A DNA stretch of 64,000 nucleotides, from NCBI GenBank assembly GCA_021432655.1, contig MU271228.1, positions 1-64,000 of the forward strand, written 5' to 3'. Origin of the DNA: Atractiella rhizophila. Taxonomy: Eukaryota. Under the pieces are notes generated by a model, which was not told the DNA's origin, searched no databases, and was given only the letters and a program-made list of their open reading frames with translations. This document shows, piece after piece, positions 48,404 to 62,157 of this stretch. Each line of letters opens with the position of its first letter. Within the stretch, counting starts at the first letter, position 1. A program made the translations under genes and the position numbers.

Positions 48404-51387
48404 ATGCGTCCCCTCCACCACATCCATCGCTCCCGCCGCGCCATGTCCACCACGATACCCCGCACCCACGCACCCGCATGGAACCACTGGCGCTTCGCCT
48501 TCCCTCCGCCGCTCGCCCGCTCCTCCCTCTCCTCCCTCAACGCCACCCCGCATCCCCTCCCGCCCCTTCCCCTCCCCGCCCTCGAGGGCACCATGCACAA
48601 GCTCCTCCGTAGCGCGGCGGCGTTGGATGCGCCCGATGGAAAGATGCTGAGGGAGTTGGAGAGGAAGGTCGCGGACTTCGTGGCGAAGGATGGCGTCGGG
48701 TGGAGGTTGCAGAAGAGGCTGGAGGAGAGGAAGGAGATCGTGGATAGGACTGGCAAGGGGAACTGGTTGGCCGAGTGGTGGGACCTTTACGCTTACATGG
48801 TATGTCTTGGTATTTCTTTGGGTTGTTTTCGCAATTTGTATTCGTGGAAGAGTACGGCAACGAAACAATGTCCATTAGTCCAGCGACCTGACATTGAGCT
48901 TGTATTGTGATGGCTGCTACTATGTCGCGCATGATCTCTACCGCTCCTTCACTAGCTCGTACCGTGGTCTTCATCGCAGGGGATGTCCAAACCCTTTGTT
49001 TTCATTCGTGATCAAATGCATAACCGGAACGATTCATCTCAAATCTCATTTTACAAGTGCTACGAGCTCCTCCACTTTACCAATCTCTAACGAGGAAGGC
49101 ATGATCGCAGAGGAGTGACTACAGATAGCTCGAAGCACAGCTGCTGTCCTTTTCCATCTCGCTCGTCATCGACTTCCCAAGGAGTATCGCTCGCTCGACC
49201 AAATTGTGCATGTGACTGCAGCGTTAGGCATGGTCGCCTCGTCTAATTTTTTGAACTGAATTGTTTTCTCGTGACAGTTTGGCATCCTGCTTCTTCTATC
49301 TACGAAAACAAGCGCAATTCTAACTGCTACAGAGTCTCATTTTATTGGTATAACGTGCAGAGGCGAATAGTTTGCTTAAATGTGTGGTTTGAAGCTCGAA
49401 TGCATGTGAAGCTGTGCCAGTCTGGACGTTCCTCTTAAACGATGAGGGCATTCTTCCAGCATCACCAACTTCGAGATGACGTTTATTATATTTTTATCGA
49501 AAGACGACCGCTAATACGAGGACCGTAGAGCTATCGAGACACGGTCGTGGGGAACGTGTCATACTACTACGGTTTCCCACCCATCCCACCGCGTCCCTCT
49601 CCCCTCCCAAACACCTCACCCAACTCAGGCTCCTACCACGCCTCCTCCCTCGTCCTCCTCGCCTTCGAATTCCGGTCCGACATCCTCAACGGGACGCTCA
49701 AACCGGACGTCGCCGGCGGCGCACCACTGTGCATGGAATCGTACAAGTGGGCGTATGGCGGCTGTCGAATACCCGGTAGGGAGGCGGATTGGGGAACGGT
49801 CAGTCATCCGGCCGAAGGAGAGGATCCGCACTTTGTGGTGGCACGGAGGGGATGGTATTGGAAGGTGGAGTATCGGGAAGAATATTCGTTGGAGGATTGG
49901 ATGAAGGTGTTTGATTGGATTTATGAGAAGACGCCGAGTGAAGAGGCGCAGAAGGTGGGCGTGTTGACGGGAATCAATCGTGATACTTGGGCAGAAGTCA
50001 GTCCTCTCTGTTTCTCTTCTTAACGAACCAAAGGTTCATTGATGCGTCAGGCTTCCGATTACCTCAAATCGGTCTCTCCGCTCAACGCAGAAACTCTCCA
50101 CCAGATCCAAACCGCCCAGTTCTTCATCGGCCTCGATTCCACATCCGTCCCTCCCACAAACGCTGGGGTGACGACGGCGGAATATAACAAGATGATTGAA
50201 GACTGGAGCATCCGTCTCTTCCTTGGAGGCTCAGAACCTTACAATCGGTGGTGGGATACACCCCTTCAATGGGTCGTTGAAGATGGAGGATTCGTAGGAC
50301 TGATTGGAGAGCACTCTTGTATGGACGGCACGCCGACCGCACGGTTGCACGACTGGATCGGTCAGCGAATGCTCGCTCACGATGTTCCCAAAGTCTCTTC
50401 GTCGCCTAGCTCTCTTGACCCTTCAAAGGTCGCCTCGTTGCTTAAGTTCCAAGGAGACAAGACCGTCGACTCGTACATCTCGTCCGCCTCGAAGGAATTT
50501 GCGGATCATGCGACTGGGTACAATGTCGAGTTTCACTCGTTCCAGGAGTTTGGAAAGGAATCGATCAAGAAGATTGGAGTCTCTCCTGACGCTTTTTGTC
50601 AAATGGCCATCCAGCTCGGTTACTTCAAAACTCATGGACAGGTCTGCGGAACCTATGAGTCGGCCATGACTAGACGGTTTCATTTGGGGAGGACTGATGT
50701 TGTGAGGAGTTGTACGATAGAGAGCAGGAAGTGGGTCGAAGCGATGGTGAAGAGCGAAGTGGGTTTAAGGGAGAAGAAGGAGCTGTTTTTGAATGCTGTC
50801 AAGTCACATGGCAGGGATATGAAGGATGCGAGCAAGGTAAATATCTAATACTCCGTGTGTAGTTTATTCTCATCATTTTTCTTTAGGCGGAGGGTATTGA
50901 CAGGCATATTCTTGGTGAGCTGTCGACGAAGGCATTCATGCTGAAAGGACTCATCTTGTTTTCAGGTCTCAAACTGTCGGTTGGAAAGGACGAGAAAACA
51001 CCAGAACTTTTCGAAGATGCTCTCCTCAAGAAGTCTTCGACTTGGAACCTGTCAACCTCACAGGTTTACTCTCCTGTCTTTCCCGCCTATGGCTGGGGTC
51101 CTGTAACACAGGATGGGTATGGGTGCGCAGTATTCTTCTCCTCACTCCAAGAGTTACCACTTAACTGAGGCTCAGAATACCGTATATGATACATAGCGAG
51201 TCGCTTCAGTGGACGGTCACATCCAAGAAGCATATGAAGAGCCGAGAACTCTTAGAAAACATGTACGTGCGATTTATCCATTGTTTATCATCTGTTGATA
51301 CAGGAAGCCAGTGTCCAAGCTTGTAGAGAGACGATGAAGATGATGGAAGAGGCCAGGGCTGACGAGGGACAGAACGCTAAGCTGTGA
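48404..51387 (+). CDS. CAT2: Carnitine O-acetyltransferase, copy 2
   Basis: Same exon structure; intact catalytic motif and AKL*; few amino-acid differences (AVTTP/GVTTA, GGEEP/GGSEP, SDVG/SEVG). Confidence 0.93.
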
Positions 51388-51579
51388 CGAATTGAAGACT
51401 GTAAATGGTAATGGTTGCAATGTACGACGTCATGTCATCCAAGATCATGCAGTATTTTCCGAAGCTTCTTGTCCTGACATAGAGTAACATATTATTATTC
51501 TGCTGGGTGCATATCTGAACGTTGTTTCATGCGCATCTTATGCCGTCTCTTGAGACCACCTGGTGCGCTATATTAAAAA

Positions 51580-54500
51580 TCACTCCTCCTCATCCCCCTC
51601 CTCTATGGTCTCCAAATCCAAAGCACGTTCGTCCCAGTCTTCGTCAAGATAAGCCTCCAATTCAGCTCGTTCGGAGTCTGGCAAGTCTTCTTCTTCATCT
51701 TCCTCCTTTTCATCGTACTCTTCTTCCTCATCCTCATCGTCGTCATAGTCATCCTCGTCGTCATCCTCTTCCTCTGGCTCACTCTGATGCTTGACCTGAC
51801 GTGACGAGTTTGGGGGATTGCTGGCCAGAGTCGGCGCACTAATTGGCACAAAAGTTTGGTTCCCCACCGGCGCGAAACTGAACGGAGATGACGAAGGTTG
51901 GGGAGGAGGTGGAGTTGTGGAAGTAGATGGTCCGAATAGGCTCACAAAACCCTTCGGCTGGCTGATCCCAGGCGATGCATTGTAGCCCTCTGGTGGAGCA
52001 AACATCCCAGTCTTTGGTGGGGTGTCTTTGACAGGGAATTTCGGCTTAGGTGCTGCTGCATGTCGTCTGGATTTGGGACCATTCTTTGACCCATAGGAGT
52101 GTCGCAGAGGTGAGTCGTCGGTAGCTTCTGCGGTTGGTGAGAAAGGAGGAAGTGTCGCGCCCGGAGGAAAAAATGGTTTTGACAAGGAGGGTTGCTGTAG
52201 TGCCACTGGAGGCGACCCTGCTGGAGCCCCTTTACGTCGAGGTGTGGGAAGATCAGCGGCCGAGATAATGACACCCTTGCCCAGCTCTTTCCAATCGTGC
52301 TTTTGGTTTGGGGAAATTTCGGTTTTGCAGACTGTGACGGTGGCGGTTGGCCGTTGCCTCTGGAAAGCAGCCCGTATGAGCATCCCCGTTTTCCCGGAAT
52401 TGAGCACCGCTGCCGCTACACTGGCGATTCTTGCTTCTTCGTCTTGTTCCGTAGCAATTCTTTCCTTACGTGCCAACTTTTGTGGGCTTGTTGCGGTGGC
52501 AGCTGAAGCAGGCGAAACAGAGGGCTTGAATCCCAGTTTCGACATCCGAGCAGCAAGATCGTCTAACTCCGACCCACGTTGCATCGCGCTGATAGTAATA
52601 TTGCGAATGGACCGCTCAATCGAATCCAACGACGGTGTCCTGCCAGGCTATGAGTTTGGGGACATGGAAAGAAAAAGAAACAAACTGGAAGCTCTTCTTT
52701 CCAGCTTTCTTGTCTCGCATCTTCTCCCTCAACTTTGCAATGTGATTCTCTAGCTGAGACACCGAATCTTCTACAGATTGTAGCGACCTTTGGAGACGAC
52801 GCTGAGTGGCCAACTGCTCAGGATTTAAAGGACGCGCTTTCGCCATCTTGGCAAAACTAGGATCAGATTTTGCTTTAAAAAACCTTCGAACTTCTTCGCT
52901 TTTGATCTCAGCTGTAAATTCTTTTAGCTACGCATATGGATGAGGGAGTTCCGTACCTCGGAACAGCTCGCTGTTCAAGTCCTCTACTAAATGATCGCCA
53001 TCAGTTCCTTCTCCTGCTGCATCCTTGATTTCTCGTCGGATGCGGTCTAATCGCTCAGCAAGCACTTCTGAATCGGCAAGGGACCAAGAGCTCTTGTCTT
53101 GATAGTCGCAATCTTCTGTATCCTTCCACCTCCGTTTTCGCAGTGCGGATTGAGAATTCGAGGCCGTCGTGGCAAATTCCTCAAGCTTAAGCACCATCAA
53201 TGTCTAGAACAAACAATATTGGTAGTTCCTTACCTTCGATAACTCACTTTCCATCAGTAAATAAACCTTTAAGAACTGACCAGCAAGACCGTCGAGGTGT
53301 TCACTTTCCAAGGCGGGTGGCGGTGATACTTTCGGTGCTACTGGCGCGACTTCGCTAGGTAGAATGGCTGTCGAAGATGGCAATGAGGACGGTGCGCCAA
53401 ATTTCGGCGTGAACGGACTTGAGGCACGTTGAACTTCAGGAGTTCCGAATTGTGGAGGCCCACTTCGTTTTGCATCGAAAGGAATAGCAGTGCCCGGTGT
53501 GGACACAACGGGGAACAGTCCCGACAATGGTTTTTCTAACCCAGGTTGAGATTTGGCAGGATCGGGTGTTGAAGCTGCAGGAATCTTGCCAAAAGATCCA
53601 AATGGGATAGCTGCCGAAGCTGACGGGGAACCTGTGGCAGGAGCTAACGATAGAGACGCTCCAAGTGATCCGAGAGACGAGGAGGATGACGGTAGCTTCG
53701 GTTCTTCTTTCGCAATAGGTGGTGTTCCTGCCTTTGCTGAGGCGAAGCCAAAGCCAAACGTGGCTGGGGATGTGGGTGCACCGAATGGAGACGCTCTTCC
53801 CGAAGAAATGTTCGTTGCAGGGAGAGTGCCGCTGAGATTGAACGGAGAGGGAGACGCGAGAGCAAGATCGAAGCCACTTTTTGCTTTGGGTTCCTTGCTA
53901 GGTTCTGGGCTGGAGATGGAGCTAGCCAGAGGAGAACTGATGGCGGGAGCATTAGTCGATTTTCCTTTGCCAAAAATGGAAAATGAAGGTGGCTGCTGTG
54001 ACGATGAGCCAAAGTTAAACCCCTTGGATGTTGATGGACTAGTAGAGAGAGCAGGACTGCTATCCTCCTGTTTCGACACAAGACCGAAAGAGGTAAATGC
54101 TGGACCATCGGCTGGCTTCCCACCAACTTGCTTGGTTTCAGGGGAAGGAGCAAGTCGCTTGGTAGGTCGCTCGCTTCGTTGTCTGTCGTCGTCGGATCCC
54201 TCTTCCTTCGCGTCGCCAGACTCTTTACCGTCGCCATCGTTGACCCTTTCGTCAGATGGACCGAAAGACATTCGGGACAGGAGACTAGGACTTGATTTCC
54301 TCGGAGGACTACTCGCAAGACCGAAGAAGCCTTGAACCTTCTTGTTTTGTGATCCACTATCAACTACAACTGGTGATCGAGGCTCTTCTGGAGATGGGGC
54401 AGAGTCGCGTTGTCGAGGAACTTCTTTGGTACGTTTCGCTTCTTTGCTCTCGCCTTCTTCACCGCCAGGTGGGACGAAAACGACAGATGAAGAGTCGAAA

Positions 54501-57500
54501 ATGTTGCTCCCCGATACATCCTGCTTCTTCTCTTCGTCTGCTTTCTTCTCTCCAAAGGTGAATGCGGTTTGACCTAAATTTTTCTTCCCTTCTTCCTTCT
54601 TCTCTCCAAAACTTAACCCGCCTAAGTTGGATAAACCTCCGAAACCAGCGCTCTTCTTTTCGTCTTCCTTTTTCACGGTCGCGAAATGTTTTTGAGCGCT
54701 CGCAGTCGCATTGGCGATTCCGGCATCATCTTCGAAGTCATCCTCATCTTCGTCACTATCCAGCCCGGGAACTTTTCGCTTCTTCTGCTCCTTGTCCTTC
54801 TCAGTCGCTGAAGGACCACTCTTCCCTGAAGCATCTGACAGCACTGGAGTCTTACTGCCGCCAAACGGAGTCGTCGTGCCATCAAGCCTCTGTCCAAATG
54901 CACCAAACTTGGGTTTCTCATCCTCCTTCTTATCGGAGCTCGCTCCGGCGAAAGCACCGCCTGGAGTGGAGGTGCCCGAACCGAAGGAAAGCGTAGGGCC
55001 TTTGGCAAACGACGAGAATCCTCCGCCTCCTGGCGCAGCAGGAGTGGTGGGAGTCAAAGCTCCAGTCCCGAATCCCGTCTGTCCGAAAGCAGGGGTTTTC
55101 GTGGCTCCGAATCCCGTTTGACCAAAAGCAGGGACCCCCTGTCCACCGAAAGGAGTGGACGTACCACTCGATGTCCCAAAACCGGTCTGTCCGAATGCCA
55201 GCGCGGAAGTGGTGGAGGAGCCAAAGGAAGGAATTGGAGGAGTTGCAGTGCCAAAGGCGCTGGGTTTGCTGAATGATGGTACCGAGATGGGAGTAGTCGT
55301 CCCACTCCCAAAACCGAAGGACGTGATCGGCGTCGACGTCCCAGCTGCAGAGCCGAAGGGAATTGTAGCCGTTGACCCGAACGGGATGGTGGCGGTTGGC
55401 ACTGTGGTAGATCCAAATGGAATAGTGGTGGAAGGCTTAGCGGTTGATCCAAATGGGATGGTTGTGCTGGCGGGGGTGGATCCAAATGGGATTGTAGATG
55501 TGCTCGAAGTGGATGTGGAAGAGGTTGTCTTTCCAAAGGGGATTGTGGGTATCGAAGTTGGTGTCGTCGTGGTCTGACCAAATGGGATGGACGTCGATGG
55601 CGTTGTTGGGGTCTTTGGTGCTTCCTTATCTGTCAGTTCCTTTGATCCAACAAGGACAGAGCTCGCTGGCGTAGCCGTAGGTGTTGAGGTAGAATTCGAA
55701 CCGAACGGCGTAGAGGTTGATGAGCTATTGGATGCAGGAGAGCCGAAGGGAAGCGTTGATGTGGAGGACAGGTTAGAATCAGACCGCAGACCAAAGGGAA
55801 ATGACTTGACGCTCGATGCTGATGGAGTTTGAGGCGTTGGAATTGGTGTTCCGAAGGGGAGAGAGACGGTAGATTGCGATGCATTCGAACCAGAGGTGAA
55901 AAGACTGGATGGACGACTCCTCATTGATGGTGCGACACCGATCTCGTCTAGCTGTCTCCTCATCTCTGGATAAGTCTTGAACGCCTTCCCTTCTCCTCTA
56001 TTCCGAATCCTCCAGGCCGCTAGCACACCCTCACTACTATAAACCAAGAGCATGGGTCCCACTTCCTCAGCCTGCACCTCCCCATCGTCCCCTCCGTAGC
56101 GTGTCACATCAAACTCCCTCTCTTCAATGCATGTCAGATCGCATTCTAGCGCTAACGGGGCGACGTTCTCCACGTCCTTCGTCGCGGAAAGAGGGATGAC
56201 TGGTCGCAAATCTTCGGGGAGCACAAGATTGGACAATTTTTCTCCCTCCTTCTGCAACATCCCAACGCCTCCAATCTCCGTACTTGGTCCACTCGACAGC
56301 AACAACACATGCTTGAGGGGGTCCCATGCTCTCAGGTGCACAATATGCCGCCTCTCCATCCTTCCATCAACGCCATTGAACGCTGGACATACGTCGTATG
56401 GCAAATCCGTCCACTCCCTCTTCCCTCCCTCCGTATTCAGTCCGAACAGATGCGAATCCGTTCCTCCCTTTGTGGAGAACACCACAAGAAAGAGAAAGTT
56501 TTCCAGGTAAGAGATGGACGAGATTTCATGGTCCTTTTCCAATCCTTCTGGGCCTTCGTTTGTCAAATCCACACCAGTCTTGTGTGCTCCATTCGCCGGA
56601 TCAATCGTCCGGATCGTCGGATGCGGTCGCTTCTCCTTGATGTTTGCAGGGCAGGCGGCTACGATTTGCTTTCCGCGTACAGACCAACCAAGTGCCGTAC
56701 AAGGTGGGAGCTCAAGGAAGTGTTGCGAGGAGGAAAGCACAGAATGGCACGTTGTTTTGTGAGAGGTTTGAATAAGCAGGTGTCTTGATTCCTTCCCAGG
56801 TTGAGGGAGAAGAGAGAGGACACGGCCTGCTGGTACGTAAGGGTGAGAAGGTGAAGGGAGAGTCTGTAGTTCACAATTAAACATATTGAAGTTAGAGTTG
56901 TGATGGGAGAGGACGATTGGGGGGAGTAAACGCACATCTTTATTCCACCTCAAGAGATCAGCAACCTCCCACCATCCTACCCTTGCCAATTCGGCAAGGA
57001 CGAGTACACGCCCTCCCGCCGCAAAACGGACGTGTGTTGGTGGTCCACCGCCTTTTTCGAGGTCGAAAGTCTTGACTTCGGCTTCCACATCACTGGAAAG
57101 TGGTACGGGCGGGGCGCCGCCAGGAGGTGTTGGTAAAGAGCTAAGGATTTGTTGACGGAGGACTGCGAGCCGAGTGAGACTGAGTGAATACGATCCATCT
57201 TTCTCCCTAGAGACCCAAGCACAGTAACCGGTATCATTGGATAGCGCGAAAAGGTGACAAGAATGTGGAATATCGTTATGCTGGTCCTCTGAGATGGTGA
57301 GGGAGAATGGAGAGGGAGAGAGTCGGATGTTGGGCAGGAGTGGCTGGAAGTCTAGGTACGGCGCGTCGACCTCGTCGGTTTCAATAGTCGTGCCTACACT
57401 CAGAAGAGATGGTGAGTTTGAGCCTGATGACGAAGAGCTTGTAAGAGAATCAATATCTAGTGACGTCGTTGAAGTAAAGCTTGTCGAGCGAGAGCAGCCC

Positions 57501-57508
57501 TTGGGCAT
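51580..57508 (-). CDS. NUP159: Nucleoporin Nup159/Nup214-like
   Basis: N-terminal beta-propeller-like region (WSVRGKQIVA), many (I)PFG/AFG/GFG repeats, C-terminal coiled coil (RPLNPEQLATQRRLQR..SIERSIRNIT), acidic tail. Confidence 0.88.
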
Positions 57509-58231
57509 GCTGATTATGCTGATTATAGGACTTTGAAGTCTGCGCTTTACTACGGGAACCGTAGAGGTTCATTTCCGCTTTAAATTTCAAGTAACATGAA
57601 GCGTGAAAGTATAAGCAGAGCAACAATCAACCAAACACCTCTTGACATATTGACACCAGCTGCAGGGCAAAAGCAACAGCAATGTGCAAACCCATTCTTC
57701 GTCCAAACAAACAAAATCACGCACCAGTCATTTCTTCAAATGATCCCAAAATGTCTCACAAAATAAATCACGTAGGGACTTCCTTTTCCCCAGTCGTTGC
57801 TGGCATAAACATCCAAGTCGTGTTGCTCGTCGTAGTGAAAATTCTTCCAGACAAGGCAAACGCCGACAAAGGAACTCAAATTTCGCCCTCAGGCGTGTGA
57901 CAGAAACGACGAAGCAGCCCTGATTTACCAGTCAATCCACAGCTCCTATTAGTTATTCTGTTCGGCTGCTTACAGTAGCTTGGCTTAGGGATATTCTTCT
58001 GAAAATCTCAACCCATTTTCTCAACTTGGTGTAGCTCCAACGAAACAACGCCACCCATTTCTGCATCTAACATCAGGTGTCCCATCGTGGGTTGACTGGT
58101 GAAGGTCAAGTCTCATAAAAGAGAAAATCAACGCCTTCTTGAAGTTGTCCTCAAGAAGCTCGCAAAAGCACCCTACTTCTGTCTAATAAATTGGACTTTT
58201 GTATCCCCGTGTTATCCATATCCTTCCAACA

Positions 58232-60572
58232 ATGTCAGGACACGTATATTACAGATTCAAATCTCAGAAGGAGCTCTCGCGAATTACCTTCAATGGAACC
58301 GGAATTTCAGTATGGGACTTGAAGAGGGAGATAATAATGGAGAATAAGATGGGGAAGGGGACGGATTTCGATTTCGCCATATATAATGCTGATACGGAAG
58401 AAGGTGCGTTTTATTGTCCTTTACTCGTCAGGGTGTACGCAATGGAGCGGAAGCTGATTTGGTTCTGCCCGGCGAAATAGAATACACCGATGATAACGTC
58501 GTGATACCCCGATCAACAACAGTTATAGCCCGTCGTTTGCCCGCTTCAAGACCTGGCCGTGGTAACGCACAGCGTTATGTCGCTCAGGGCTTGGGTGGTG
58601 CGGTTCCGGTGACGCAGAGTAGTGCTGGTGGGACGAATTGGAATCGCGGTGGTGGGAATATGTCGAAACGGTTTGATGGGAAGGATGCCAAGCCGAAGGA
58701 CGAGGTGCGTTTCTTTTGTTGGGGTGTACATAGTCAAGAGTAAGAGTTCATTGGTGATGTTGTGTTTTGTTGGGACAGAGCACTTCAGCAGCAATGATGA
58801 GTGTCACAGATACGGATGGCAAGAATGAAGATGATGCCATTAAAGCTATGTTCGCTTTCAGCGAGGTGCAGTGGGACAAGACACAGGAGAAAATGGCTAC
58901 GTGCGTCTACCTCGATTCTACCTACATTCCATTTCCAGGGTTGACACGCCACATCTGTGATGCAGCGCACAAAGAATACCATACACAAACTATCGCACTA
59001 GCGGTGGGGGAGCAGGGCATTCGACGTCCCAGCATAAACCCAGTGGATCATCCTCATACCAAGCCTCGAACGTAATGCACAAGCCGCCTCCATCAGGCTA
59101 CATCTGCTTCCGATGCGGTCAGAAAGGTACTTCCCAACTTTTTTCGCTCTGATAATGTTGACTGATGTGATTTTTTTGTACAGGGCATTGGATCCAGGAG
59201 TGTCCTACGAACGACGACCGTGAATTTGACAACCGTCCGAAGCTCAAACGGACGACAGGGATTCCTAAGTCCTTCCTTCAGACCGTCGAAGCTCCATCAA
59301 AGGATCAGACTGGCGTGATGGTCACCCCCGACGGGACATTCGTGACTGCTCGCCCAGATGCGTAAGCTTTCATTTATCTAGTCCTACGTGTATTAAAGCG
59401 ACTCCATAGTGCGTCCTGGGAGAAACATCGTGCTCTCGCCCGTAATCTGAACGTTGCCGACATCCAAAACATGCGGCCTACCGACCCAGATTTGACATGT
59501 GGTATCGATAATAAGCTGTTGAAGGATGCGATGAAGACTTCTTGTTGTGGAACAGCGTTTTGCGAGAGTTGTATTAAGGATCATTTGAGGAATTACAACC
59601 TAGTTTGCCCCGAATGCGAAGCGAAGATGAAGTCGCTGGACGAACTCGTCGTCGACGAGGAGAGAAGGGGGAGGGTCAAGGATTACGTCGAGACAATGGT
59701 CAGATTGACGAAGGGAGAGGAGGAGACCAAAGAGGAGGAGACGAAGGATGGTGACAACCAAGAAGGGAAGACTGAGCCGGTTATTCAGGAAGAGGTGCGT
59801 GACATTGTCATTACTCCACTCAACCCTGATCAGGTAGCAGGATACACATGTCAGCAACGCTGTAACTTCTACTTCCACTTCTGAGCCCACAAAACCCTCG
59901 CCGCCGCCATCTCAGCCGTCCGTTGAGCCAGAATCTCGAGCCGAGAGCTCGTCCGCTGGTCCGTCAAACACGCGCCAACCTTCTAACCAGCCATCGCATC
60001 AGCACCGATTAAACTCCCCTCCTCACTTCCAAGGGAATCAACCTATGCCCAACTTCTCTTCCAACTTCCAACAACAGAACGGGATGATGAATCCGCAGTT
60101 CGGTGGCATGGGGAACATGATGATGACCCCTCAACAACAGATGATGTATGGAGGCAACGCTTTCCAAATGATCCAAGCGAACATTATTCAACTCGAGAAC
60201 CAACTTAACAACCCTCAACTCGTTCCTCAGATGCGAATGCAGATACATCAAAACCTTCAAAACCTAAGGATGATGGCCATGAACATGTCTCGCGGAGGCG
60301 GTGGCAACAATGGGAACCAGATGGGGATGATGGGCGGGATGGGTATGAACCCTATGATGATGAACGGACCTGGAGGGATGAATGGGCCCGGTGGGATGAA
60401 TCGAATGAATTGGACGAATCCTTTCTCCCACCAGCAGCCTGGAGGAGAAGATTCTCCTTACATGCGTCTGCCAGTTCACCAGCGCCGACAAGGAGGGAAG
60501 AGGCAACGACCGGCAGATTTCCTCGAACTTTCAGGGGACGCACCTGCCGATAAACTTGCGCGGGTCGGGTGA
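58232..60572 (+). CDS. MPE1: Mpe1/RBBP6 cleavage-polyadenylation factor (DWNN, zinc knuckle, RING)
   Basis: VYYRFKSQKE..ISVWDLKREII; PPSGYICFRCGQKGHWIQECPTN; KRTTGIPKSFL; TSCCGTAFCESCI..CPEC. Confidence 0.93.
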
Positions 60573-60945
60573 ACGTGAAAATGACGGAGAGATTATTCGA
60601 TTTTCGGACGGTTGGACGTTGTTTCTCGTCTGCAATTCCTGTGGTTCGTCTCAATGCCTACTTCATTCAAGCCAAGATCATGCATCCACCATCCAACATG
60701 CACTATTCCTTACTTTATTGCCTATCTTCGTTTTCTGTCCCCATACTTCTTCTTTGTCCTGGTTCGGCCAAGTATGCTTCATGCGCTTTTCTCGTTGTTC
60801 TCGATTCTCATCCTGTAGGTAGGTAGTTTACATAAATACTGCAATGCAAAGAGTATCGGCGTCTACTCGATCTCCATCGCATACCGCGCAGCCTCCTCCA
60901 AACCTCATCCTCATCTCTCCTTCAGAAAGTAATGGCGCAACTAGT

Positions 60946-62022
60946 TTACTTTTTGGGCTCTTCCGCTGGCGGAGGAGGTTTGATCTTGAATGCTTCAGGA
61001 GTCGAATCCTTTCCATCTCCCACAGGCTCCCAAGGACTGAGAGCGGCATCGAAGTTGCGGAATGCCTGAGTGAGTTGCAGAGGTTCAGAAACGACTCGCT
61101 TTTTCTCCTGCATCATCAAAGGAGCATGGTTCAGCTTTGTACATGACAATAAAGACTGTCACCGCACCTCATCATATCGAACTTCCGTGAAACCTGTCAA
61201 AGGGAAATCCTTTCGCAATGGGTGGCCCTCGAATCCGTAATCCGTGAGGAGGCGACGAAGGTCGGGGTGACCTGAAAAGAAAACGCCGTACATATCCCAC
61301 ACCTCTCTTTCGTACCTTCACCAGCGTGACAAAATCAAAATCATCCTACTACCTTAATCAAACGGAGGAACACACCAGTTGGCAGCCGAGAAGAGGTCAC
61401 AAGCAGACGGTACGGGACTTAGCTCGTCCGCATATGTCTTCACTCTAATCCTTGAACGGTGGACGTAGGAGAGGAGATTGTACACCACTTCAAAGCGCTT
61501 CGCCTTTCCAGGCCAGTCCACAGCCGTGATATCCATCAGCGCCTTATATTGACAGTTGGTGTGGTCTCGGAGGAAGGTAAGGAGGGGGATGAGGCCAGTC
61601 GGCGCGCAATGGAGGATAAGCTCTTCTTTGTACACCGCAAATTGTTGAATGTATTTGCTACATTACCCAACCACACCTTGGTCCATGACAGTGACACTAA
61701 ATGAAAGAAAGAAACTCACGGCATGCAAGTTGTCAGATAGGCACCAAACTCGTAAAGTGGTCCCTGAACCTCCTTGTACCGTTCAAAATCATCGCTTCCT
61801 CCTTTCTCAGAATACGGTGAAGGCCCCGGTACGAATTGGACTGTCCCAAGCAAGCTTTAGCCCTCCAATCACGACAGAGGAATTTGAAGACTCACTTGGC
61901 TTGTAAGAAGCGACAGCGCTGTTGGAGAACGGGCGAGAGAGCCGAGATACTGACAGAGAAGGGTATTTAGCTTCCCGACCTGCTACCGAGAGCAGTCGTG
62001 AGGCTGCTCGTGGAAGTGACAT
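60946..62022 (-). CDS. NDUFS3: NADH:ubiquinone oxidoreductase 30-kDa subunit (NDUFS3)
   Basis: [66 protein letters not shown]. Confidence 0.96.
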
Positions 62023-62157
62023 TGTGGTTTTTGCCAGAGTGCTGAGGGGCAAAAGCGATGTTTGACACTACTTGAGGGGCTGACAATTGCTGCCTCAACG
62101 ACGGTTCCCTTTCTCTCGGTGCTCCTTCTCAGCTCCCCATTGCTGAACTTTTGAAAA

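Larger units (their letters stand above)
44512..51833. repeat. Head-to-tail tandem duplication, unit ~3.66 kb (~44512-48173 and ~48175-51833)
   Basis: ORF track repeats at offset 3662; units run from within SDHAF1 exon 1 to within the last Nup159 exon. Confidence 0.97.

Noticed and set aside
1190..51387. Possible carnitine gene cluster (lysine methyltransferase, TMLD, carnitine acetyltransferase x2)
   Set aside because: The genes are 10-30 kb apart and separated by unrelated housekeeping genes, and the other pathway steps are absent; coincidence is likely without synteny evidence.
25161..51833. Transposon origin of the duplications
   Set aside because: No transposase or RT ORF, terminal repeats or target-site duplications seen; junctions show only 1-3 nt microhomology.
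53553..55832. Long plus-strand ORFs with PNG/PKG repeats
   Set aside because: Antisense shadows of the Nup159 FG-repeat region.
57682..58100. Short ORFs between the Nup159 and Mpe1 starts
   Set aside because: No supportable homology; likely promoter or UTR sequence.
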